Positions 1 to 7,174 of a stretch of 14,678 nt of DNA are shown here, piece after piece; position 1 is the stretch's first letter, and each line of letters starts with the position of its first letter. Where the stretch lies: NCBI GenBank assembly GCA_049424145.1, contig JBMSSC010000069.1, positions 1-14,678 on the forward strand. Direction: 5' to 3'. A program made the translations under genes and the position numbers. The stretch is from Bdellovibrionia bacterium (lineage in GTDB: Bacteria > Bdellovibrionota > UBA1018). The notes beneath the pieces were generated by a model. The model was not told where the DNA came from and made no database searches. It saw only the letters and a program-made list of their open reading frames with translations.

Positions 1-1
1 G

Positions 2-982
2 GGGAGAAATGCCAATAGTCAGCTGGGTAATGGAACCACAACTCAACTGAATGTCCCCACGGTGATTGATGCAGGAACTTCATACAAAGCGATTTCAGGG
101 GGCATCGATCACACCTGTGGAATTACAGGGAAAGGCGAAGTCAGATGCTGGGGAGCCAATTATTCGGGCCAAGTCGGCAACGGAGGGACGACTGATGCTC
201 GCCCATACCCGGTACCGGTTGACTTAGGGACTACTTACTCGACCATTTCAGCAGGGCAAGCTCACACTTGTGGCATTACAACAACCGGATTGGTCAAATG
301 CTGGGGAGATAACGGCGGACCTCAACTGGGAGACGGGACCAATATTTCTAAAAACTTACCCGTTCTAGTGGCATCGGCAGGAGAAAGGTTTAAATCGGTT
401 TCAGCAGGAGATCTTCATACCTGTGGAATCACCCAATCCGGTGCCGCCAAATGCTGGGGGTCGGATAGCAATGGCCAACTCGGAACGGTGGTTCTTGCTG
501 CTAGCGCAACTCCCTCGCTTGTGGATCCTGGAGTTGACTACGTTGCTATCTCCGCTGGTTATGGGCACACTTGTGGAATCACCGCGGGTGGAGCTCTTAA
601 GTGTTGGGGATATAATTTCTATGGGGAATTGGGGGATGGAACATTGACTAACAAAAGTACTCCCGTGATGATTAATTCAACCGTGATCTATAAGGAAATT
701 TCCGCAGGGGGCTGGTACACCTGTGGGATCACTCAATCGGGTTTGCTCCGATGCTGGGGGAATAATGCTAACGGTCGTTTAGGAGATGGAACAACAACTA
801 GGAGAACTGCGCCCGTGCCGATTAATTCTCCAGTCACTTACAAAAAGATTTCAACCGGGGTAGCGCATACTCGAGGGATTACCACGTCTGGGGATCTAAA
901 ATCCTGGGGTCTTAATAGTGAAGGTCAGGTTGGGGATGGTACGATTATTCAAAAGCTCTCCCCCGTCGTGATTAGCAAATAG
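2..982 (+). CDS. RCC1/BLIP-II-like repeat beta-propeller protein (5'-truncated by window edge)
   Basis: The frame is open from position 2 (GRNANSQLGNGTTTQLNVPTVID...), so the GTG at 62 is not the true start. It contains about 6 tandem ~52-aa repeats of ISAGxxHTCGITxxGxxxCWGxNxxGQLGDGT. Stop TAG at 980-982. Confidence 0.93.
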   Translation, partial: GRNANSQLGNGTTTQLNVPTVIDAGTSYKAISGGIDHTCGITGKGEVRCWGANYSGQVGNGGTTDARPYPVPVDLGTTYSTISAGQAHTCGITTTGLVKCWGDNGGPQLGDGTNISKNLPVLVASAGERFKSVSAGDLHTCGITQSGAAKCWGSDSNGQLGTVVLAASATPSLVDPGVDYVAISAGYGHTCGITAGGALKCWGYNFYGELGDGTLTNKSTPVMINSTVIYKEISAGGWYTCGITQSGLLRCWGNNANGRLGDGTTTRRTAPVPINSPVTYKKISTGVAHTRGITTSGDLKSWGLNSEGQVGDGTIIQKLSPVVISK

Positions 983-1494
983 GTGCGAAGTCAACAACGG
1001 ATGCCTAAAAGCCAAAAGATCCAGGAATCAGCTCAGAGCACTTTCCTTTAGCCTAGGAAAAACGCATGTCGTTTTTCCGGTGCCGTTGGGCAGGGTGTAA
1101 GCCGCTGCGATAGAGAGTTCGTCCAGTGATCGCCAAGCAGGCCGCTAATTTTTTGTAGTCGGATTCTGGTATGCACCCGTTATTTTTTTTAAATTTTGTC
1201 CAATCAATCGAGGTTAAAATCCGCTTTTGGAGGCGGGGGGATTCCTGATTATATTAATTCACTTTTCGTCGTAAAGCGTCTAACTTAAGACCCATTCCAA
1301 GCTCCTGTTTCTGTTGATGTTTTGTCGTTGTAAACAAACAGTCTCAGACAATTGGGAGCTTGGAAATCCTTAATTATCAATACTTTCACATCTTTTTTCT
1401 GACAAAAAATATCAATCCCTAAAAATGGCTCGATATCCGGGCTCAAGGGGGCTCCGGTTTTTTCCGAAGAAGAATGGAGCGAGGGAATTTGAAC

Positions 1495-1824
1495 ATGAGC
1501 ATGGGAAAAGAAACTCAAGTTGACCCTTTATATCTGATCTTTGAACAGCATCTATACAATTTTCAGGACTCCGATTCGGACCGAAGGACGTTTATTCATA
1601 ACATCATTCAGGATTATTTTTCCTACCTAAGACGAAAGAATATCACCGTTCCAAAATCTTTAGAGGGAACGATTGCTGAAGAGCTGTCCTCTCAAGTCAA
1701 TCAAATGCTAGTGAAAAAAATCTATGGTTGCTTAAGTATTGAAGACTATCAGAAAAAAGTCCCAACGGATGTGAAACGAAAAGCCAAGGCTCGGTACTCG
1801 AAGCTGGCGAGTAAGAAGGGTTAA
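1495..1824 (+). CDS. hypothetical protein (~109 aa, helical, basic C-terminus)
   Basis: Clean ORF. ATG at 1495 (or 1501) follows GGAGCGAGGGA; the ORF track starts it at 1474. It ends 3 bp from the convergent rimK stop. No family recognised. Confidence 0.72.
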   Translation: MSMGKETQVDPLYLIFEQHLYNFQDSDSDRRTFIHNIIQDYFSYLRRKNITVPKSLEGTIAEELSSQVNQMLVKKIYGCLSIEDYQKKVPTDVKRKAKARYSKLASKKG

Positions 1825-1827
1825 TCC

Positions 1828-2748
1828 CTAGGGGTTTCTCATTCGGGAGAAGTGGCTTTTTTTGGGCCGATGGCTACGGGCTGTCTTGCGGATGTGCTTC
1901 ATAATGGCTTGAGCGACATTGATGCCTGTTGTTTTTTCAATCCCCTCAAATCCAGGAGAACTATTGACTTCAATGATCATGGGACCTTGATGGCTTTCCA
2001 TGAGGTCAACGCCTGCAATTTGAAGCCCTAAGGCTCGAACGGCTCGAATAGCAGCTTGATGGTAGCTCTCCGGCAGTTCAATGCAGTTTCCCTCTCCTCC
2101 TCGGTGGATGTTGGATCTGAATTCTCCTTTGGGTGCGGTGCGCATCATGGTGGCAATCACCTCGTCTCCGACAACAAACGCCCGGTAGTCGCGTCCTGCC
2201 CCCTCCACTAAGAATTGCTGAATGATGACGTCTTGATCCAATGTGCGGAGCGTGTCCAAAACCGAGCCCATCGAAATGGGGGTGTGAACGAGCATGACCC
2301 CCACGCCTTGGGTGCCTTGAAGAATTTTTAAAACAATGGGGAATCCCTTGACTGCCTCAATTGAGGCGCGAAGGCCGTGCGTACTTCGGGTGAGGACGGT
2401 GGAGGGCACTTGAAGTCCTGCCTGTGTTAAGACTTGCAGGCTTCTCATTTTGTTGCGAGACTCGGCAATGGCTTGTGAGCTGTTAATGAGGCAAGTCCCT
2501 AACATTTCAAAGTGTTTCACCACGGCTAAGCCATAGTCGGTAATCGAAGCTCCGATTCTTGGAAGCACCGCATTATAGCTTGGAAGTGCCCGAGCGCGAC
2601 TTAAAATTCGGCTTTCCGCTCCATCAATGATCAGCTGGCACTCCACGGGATTAATCAAATCACAATCGATTTTCAGTTTTCGAGCTTCAGCCTTAAGTCG
2701 TCTAATGCTGTACAGATTTTTATTTCTTGAGAGAATAGCAATTCGCAT
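1828..2748 (-). CDS. rimK: RimK family alpha-L-glutamate ligase (ATP-grasp)
   Basis: Canonical start MRIAILSRNKNLYSIRRL (ATG at 2748). Motifs PRIGASIT, GTQGVGV, EFRSNIHRGG, AGVDL and EVNSSPGFEGIE are present. Confidence 0.95.
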   Translation of the reverse strand: MRIAILSRNKNLYSIRRLKAEARKLKIDCDLINPVECQLIIDGAESRILSRARALPSYNAVLPRIGASITDYGLAVVKHFEMLGTCLINSSQAIAESRNKMRSLQVLTQAGLQVPSTVLTRSTHGLRASIEAVKGFPIVLKILQGTQGVGVMLVHTPISMGSVLDTLRTLDQDVIIQQFLVEGAGRDYRAFVVGDEVIATMMRTAPKGEFRSNIHRGGEGNCIELPESYHQAAIRAVRALGLQIAGVDLMESHQGPMIIEVNSSPGFEGIEKTTGINVAQAIMKHIRKTARSHRPKKSHFSRMRNP

Positions 2749-2802
2749 AAGGTTTTTAAATTGGAATGAATTCAAGTACTCTTACAAATGGTGGTGTCTA
2801 AA

Positions 2803-4071
2803 ATGAAAAAAATTCAGTTTGCTTTTGTTTTAGCTCTGTTAGGTCCTCTGGTTTGGGGTGGACTTCTATTTTTTCGCTCTCCTTTAGCTTACGCAACGGA
2901 GGTTAGAACGAGCAAGAAAATTAATCCCGCCGTCTCAAGGAAGGCCAAAAAAAAAGTCACTCCAGGACTCCCCTTTTGGGTGAAACGAGTGGGTGGGGCG
3001 GTCTCCGAGTTTTCAGTTTCAAAAAATGGTCGAACCATTTTAGTGGCGACCAATCCGGACTCAGAAGTCGAGGGGTCTGTTTCTGGGTATCAATTATCAA
3101 AATTTGATAAATCGGGTCATTTGGTGTGGCAGCGTCGTCAATCCGCTCCGGTCAAAGAATTGGATGTTTCTTGGGATGGGTCTTTCAGTGTGGTTTCGAA
3201 CTATCAGAATCAGTTGATGGCGCTGAATGATCAGGGTCAGGTGCTGTGGTCCGTGGAGGATCTCTGTAAGCCTGTGATTTTGAACCCGGCTCAGAAGATC
3301 ATCTGCTATCATGACGATGACAATGATCCGAAAGTAGGGTTTGTGGTTTATGACTGGAAGGGGCATCGGCTCAGCTCGTTTCCAGTTGAGAAGGATATTC
3401 TTGCCCTGAAGCTTTCGAAAGATCAGCGCCATTTAGCCATCGGGTTAGCCGGAGGCCAGGTGCTGCTGTTCTCACCTGAGCTGAAGCCGCTTTGGACTCA
3501 GACCATCAGTGGTGAGGTGGTGGACTTGGCAGTTTCTTCGGGTGAGTCTCCGTGGGTTGCTGTGCTGTATCGAAGCGATCAGGACCCAAAAGCGCAACGC
3601 GTTGCGCGATTTGATGTTCACGGTCGTACAGCTCCCGTTTTGACTCCCAGTGCTCCGATCAAACAGGTTGAAGTATCCTCCGATGGGAAGTCCATTTTTT
3701 ATTACGGCAATTCCTCCTCAGGAGAAGTTTACGGTCGACTCGTAGCGGGTGAAAGCGGTGCTTCAAGCACATTGGGGGCTTGGAGAAAAGGGGAGCCTGT
3801 ACCGAGCGAGTTTAGTACCGCGCTGACTCTCTCTTTGGATCGAGTGTTCATTGGGGTGGAGTCCTCCGCGGGCTTCGTGAGGCAGGGGCATTTATTGGGG
3901 TTTACCTACGAGGGAGAGATGAAGTTGGACCTCCCCTTGCCGCTTGCACAGAATGCTCATATTTATCAGCTTCAGTGGGCAGAGGAGGGGGCGTTCTTAG
4001 TGGTGGCCTTAGATGATGGTCAAATTCTGGGCATTCCTCTGGGGGAGCAAAAAAAGCTGGCCAGCCCTTAA
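2803..4071 (+). CDS. exported WD40/PQQ-like beta-propeller protein
   Basis: N-terminal MKK, a hydrophobic stretch and an AYA cleavage-like motif. Repeated blades such as VSKNGRTILVA, VSWDGSFSVVS, LSKDQRHLAIG and VSSDGKSIFY, with G-x-x-x-W motifs. Alternative start at 2788. Confidence 0.75.
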   Translation: MKKIQFAFVLALLGPLVWGGLLFFRSPLAYATEVRTSKKINPAVSRKAKKKVTPGLPFWVKRVGGAVSEFSVSKNGRTILVATNPDSEVEGSVSGYQLSKFDKSGHLVWQRRQSAPVKELDVSWDGSFSVVSNYQNQLMALNDQGQVLWSVEDLCKPVILNPAQKIICYHDDDNDPKVGFVVYDWKGHRLSSFPVEKDILALKLSKDQRHLAIGLAGGQVLLFSPELKPLWTQTISGEVVDLAVSSGESPWVAVLYRSDQDPKAQRVARFDVHGRTAPVLTPSAPIKQVEVSSDGKSIFYYGNSSSGEVYGRLVAGESGASSTLGAWRKGEPVPSEFSTALTLSLDRVFIGVESSAGFVRQGHLLGFTYEGEMKLDLPLPLAQNAHIYQLQWAEEGAFLVVALDDGQILGIPLGEQKKLASP

Positions 4072-4206
4072 TCTTCGGGTCGCTCGCTCTCGTGTGCGAG
4101 GGCAATTCAGAGGTTTTCATCTGAGCCGAGAGGGAGTCTTTCTTGCGTCCGGACTCTTGGGTTCACGCTCAGTTGCCTTGCCAAAGTCTCTGAAGCAGGG
4201 CTATAG

Positions 4207-6120
4207 ATGAAGAAATCTATGCCATTGATCATTCGTCCAACGATTTCGCAGACCTTTTTAAACCGCGTGAAAACGTCCGCTCAACAAGTGGGCTTCCAAT
4301 TTAAGCCCACCTATCAGGAGCTCGGTCCTGTGGGGTATTGGAAGGAAGTCACGTTTCGAGAGTTTTATACTCTGGCTCGACGCATTTCCTTTGGTCTGAT
4401 GGGCGTGGGAGTCTGCCCCGGAGATCGGGTTGCGCTCTTATCCAACACTCGGTTTGAGGGATCTGCTTGTGATTTGGCGATTCTGGGGGCCTCCGCCGTT
4501 AGTGTGCCGATCTATGCCTCAAATCGAGCGGAGGATGTGGTTTGGGTGGCTCAGCATTCTGAGGCTCGGGTGTTGTTGGTGGAGGATCTCAAGCAGCTTC
4601 AAAAGGTGATTCAAAAAAAAGAGGAAGACCCGGATTGCTTGCCTCATTTGGAGAAGATCATTGTTTTTGAGCCTCAGGCCATGAACCTTGCGGCCAGGAA
4701 CACGGAGCTGTTAAAAAATGTGATGACCCTCCAAGCATTGCAAGAACTCGGTCGGCGCGAGGAGGCTAAAAATCCTCTTCGGTTTGATCAAAACCTTCAG
4801 GCGGCCAAACCCGGTGATCTTGTCACCCTTTGCTACACGTCAGGGACCACGGGAACACCCAAAGGGGTCATGCTCACACACGAGAACCTCATGAGTGTTT
4901 TAGAGGATACGACCCAGGTCCTGGGGGTGAATCGCGATTTAGAGTCCGAAGTCATTCTCTCGTTTTTACCGTTTGCTCATATTTTTGGGAAAGTCGAATC
5001 TCTTGCCGTTTTTGTCACCGGGTGGAGGCAGGTTTTTGCTGAGAACCTGGATCGGCTTCCCTCCCATTTTCAAGAGATTCAACCGACGGTCCTTCTGTCT
5101 GTGCCCAGGATCTTTGAAAAAGCTTACGTGAAAATTCAAGCCCAGCTTGAGCAGATGAACCCGATTCAAAGAAGGGTTTTTCAAAAGGCCTTTGAGTTAG
5201 GGCGGCGCTATTTTCAGATGCGATCCGAAAAAAAGAATCCCGGTTTACGAGCGTTTTTGGAGTATCAGATGGCCCAAAAACTCCTGTTTCAGCCGATTTT
5301 GCAGGTTTTTGGAGGTCGCCTGAAAGTGGCTCTCTGCGGGGGGGCTCCTTTGTCCGTCGAAATTGCCGAGTTTTTTCAGATCTTAGGGCTTCCCATTTTA
5401 GAAGGGTATGGTCTCACTGAGACGGCTGCCCCGATTGCTGTGAATACGCCCAGTCATCTGAAGCTGGGGACTGTGGGGCGTCCGTTTGCCGAGGTGTTGC
5501 TTCGAATTGCCCCGGACGGGGAAATTCTCATTCGCTCGAAGAAAGTCTTTCAAGGGTACTTTAAGTCTCCCCAAGAAACGGAGGAAGTGTTTCGTGAGGG
5601 CTGGTTTCATACGGGAGATCTGGGATACCTGGACTCCGATGGATTTCTAAAAATCACCGACCGAAAGAAGGATTTGATCATCACCAGTGGCGGAAAGAAC
5701 ATTGCTCCTCAGAAAATTGAGAAACTGGCCAAGGCTTATCCCCTGCTCACCCAGTTTGTGGTGCAGGGAGACCGAAGGCCCTACTTAACGGCCGTGGTGA
5801 CTTTGGATCGCGATCGAGTCATCCGGTTTGCTCAGGAAAATCAAATTTTATTCAGTGAATACGCAGAACTCATTAAGCACCCCAAAGTCATCGCTTGGGT
5901 GCAAAAAACGATGGATGAGATCAATCGCCAGCTGGCTAGTTTTGAGAGTATTAAGAAATTTGTGATCTTACCGAACGAATTGAGCATCGAAGGGGGAGAG
6001 CTAACTCCTTCTTTGAAGATTCGAAGAAGTGGGATCCTAAGCCGCTACCCCAGTGAGCTGCAGAGCCTGTATCGGGATTCCCCAGGTGATGCGCTTGACT
6101 CTGATGAGGAAATTCGATAA
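4207..6120 (+). CDS. fadD: long-chain fatty acid--CoA ligase (AMP-dependent synthetase, FadD/FAA1-like)
   Basis: AMP-binding motif YTSGTTGTPKGVMLTHEN, plus LSFLPFAH, EGYGLTET, GWFHTGDLG, ITDRKKDLIITSGGKNIAP and GELTPSLKIRR. Confidence 0.93.
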   Translation: MKKSMPLIIRPTISQTFLNRVKTSAQQVGFQFKPTYQELGPVGYWKEVTFREFYTLARRISFGLMGVGVCPGDRVALLSNTRFEGSACDLAILGASAVSVPIYASNRAEDVVWVAQHSEARVLLVEDLKQLQKVIQKKEEDPDCLPHLEKIIVFEPQAMNLAARNTELLKNVMTLQALQELGRREEAKNPLRFDQNLQAAKPGDLVTLCYTSGTTGTPKGVMLTHENLMSVLEDTTQVLGVNRDLESEVILSFLPFAHIFGKVESLAVFVTGWRQVFAENLDRLPSHFQEIQPTVLLSVPRIFEKAYVKIQAQLEQMNPIQRRVFQKAFELGRRYFQMRSEKKNPGLRAFLEYQMAQKLLFQPILQVFGGRLKVALCGGAPLSVEIAEFFQILGLPILEGYGLTETAAPIAVNTPSHLKLGTVGRPFAEVLLRIAPDGEILIRSKKVFQGYFKSPQETEEVFREGWFHTGDLGYLDSDGFLKITDRKKDLIITSGGKNIAPQKIEKLAKAYPLLTQFVVQGDRRPYLTAVVTLDRDRVIRFAQENQILFSEYAELIKHPKVIAWVQKTMDEINRQLASFESIKKFVILPNELSIEGGELTPSLKIRRSGILSRYPSELQSLYRDSPGDALDSDEEIR

Positions 6121-6154
6121 GAAACTGGGTCTTGGGAACTTGACTGGAGGTTTT

Positions 6155-6379
6155 ATGGCACGAGTCACCATCGAAGATTGCTTAGGAAATGTAGAAAATA
6201 TGTATGAGTTAGTGCACTTAGCCACAAAACGCGCTCGTCAGCTCTTTAAAGGGTCTGATCCTTTGGTGAAAAGTAAGAACCGCGTGATCGTGACGGCTTT
6301 AAGAGAGATTGCTGCTGGCAAAGTGGTCAGCCAACTCAGCTCTCGATTTGAGGACGATCTTCCTCCAATGGCCAACTAA
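6155..6379 (+). CDS. rpoZ: DNA-directed RNA polymerase subunit omega
   Basis: MARVTIEDCL...YELVHLATKRARQL...ALREIAAG. A GGAGG RBS at 6146-6150 precedes ATG 6155, so the longer ORF-track start at 6053 is rejected. Confidence 0.96.
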   Translation: MARVTIEDCLGNVENMYELVHLATKRARQLFKGSDPLVKSKNRVIVTALREIAAGKVVSQLSSRFEDDLPPMAN

Positions 6380-6464
6380 GAGTCCAGAGGACTTTGTTTT
6401 CCTCCCTCCCTAGGGAAATTTTGGTAAAAAAAGACCTGTGATTTCTGGCATTTGCTTTGGACGC

Positions 6465-6734
6465 TCACTCGCTCGGCGTGGATGCTGAAGAGTCGGAAGA
6501 TCCCGTGGAAGAGCTGCCTAATGATCCGTGAGAATGCCCTGAATGACACCCATGGCATCCGTGAAGTGTGGACTCTCTTAAGTCCCCTCGACCTCCCACA
6601 GCAAAAAATGAAATGAGCTTCTGCGTGTTTCGTCCCTGACACTGAGGGCATTGCCCTAGCTCGGGGTCCCCTGCTTTGCCGATCTGTTCAAACGTGAGTT
6701 GGCACCGATCGCATCGATATTCAAAGAGAGCCAT
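6465..6734 (-). CDS. FmdB family zinc ribbon protein
   Basis: MALFEYRCDRCQLTFE...CPQCQGRNTQKLIS matches the CxxC...CxxC...S signature of the family. It is followed by a His/Cys-rich, then Ser-rich, tail. Confidence 0.88.
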   Translation of the reverse strand: MALFEYRCDRCQLTFEQIGKAGDPELGQCPQCQGRNTQKLISFFAVGGRGDLRESTLHGCHGCHSGHSHGSLGSSSTGSSDSSASTPSE

Positions 6735-6817
6735 ACATCATTTAGGATAGCATGGATTTTCATCGGGATGGGTTTTTCCATCTTTTTTACTGACCCAAGC
6801 CCCCTCAATTGGTGATT

Positions 6818-6846
6818 TAGACTAGAGAGCGGCTCTTAAATAGTGT
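6818..6846 (+). promoter_or_regulatory. putative sigma70 promoter for tRNA-Arg
   Basis: TAGACT (6818-6823), a 17-bp spacer and TAGTGT (6841-6846), ending 24 nt upstream of the tRNA. Both boxes are imperfect. Confidence 0.35.
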
Positions 6847-6870
6847 ATGAAGGGGTTTCAAAGTTTTTGC

Positions 6871-6948
6871 GACTCCGTAGCTCAGCTGGATTAGAGCAGG
6901 TGCCTTCTAAGCATCAGGTCGGGGGTTCGAGCCCCTCCGGAGTCGCCA
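6871..6948 (+). tRNA. tRNA-Arg (anticodon TCT)
   Basis: Acceptor stem GACTCCG/CGGAGTC; D arm GCTC/GAGC with A20; anticodon arm GGTGC-CT TCT AA-GCATC; T arm GGGGG-TTCGAGC-CCCTC; G discriminator and encoded CCA. Confidence 0.97.
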
Positions 6949-7174
6949 CTTTTTTGGTCCTTAAAAAGAAAGCACTCCTTAACCTTCGCTCCGCTTCTCC
7001 ATTCTCCCGATTCACTTTTAAACATTTGAGACACAACTCCCATCAACCGTGAAGAGCCGAAGAGCCCCCCTTCTTGGGTCGTCAATGATTTGGCGCCTTC
7101 AGTCGCTAAAATTCGCAGAACCCATCAATTAAAGAACCCATTCCTCCGATTCTACTGCAGGGGAGGTGGTTTGG

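Noticed and set aside
2..982. Periodic nucleotide similarity suggesting a CRISPR or tandem DNA repeat
   Set aside because: It is explained by RCC1 protein repeats with synonymous divergence; there are no identical repeats with spacers.
1328..1356. TTGTAAAC resembling a BirA operator half-site
   Set aside because: No matching second half-site, and it is far from the bio operon.
6053..6154. N-terminal extension of RpoZ in the ORF track
   Set aside because: It overlaps fadD. The canonical MARVT start at 6155 has a GGAGG RBS.
6843..7085. Small ORFs on both strands (69 and 64 aa)
   Set aside because: They overlap the tRNA-Arg gene and are shadow ORFs.
7101..7106. AGTCGC matching the tRNA-Arg 3' end as a possible att remnant
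   Set aside because: Only 6 bp, which is expected by chance.
7090..7107. Possible sigma54 promoter TGGCGC...TCGC upstream of the LRR gene
   Set aside because: The GG-to-GC spacing is 11 rather than the required 10.
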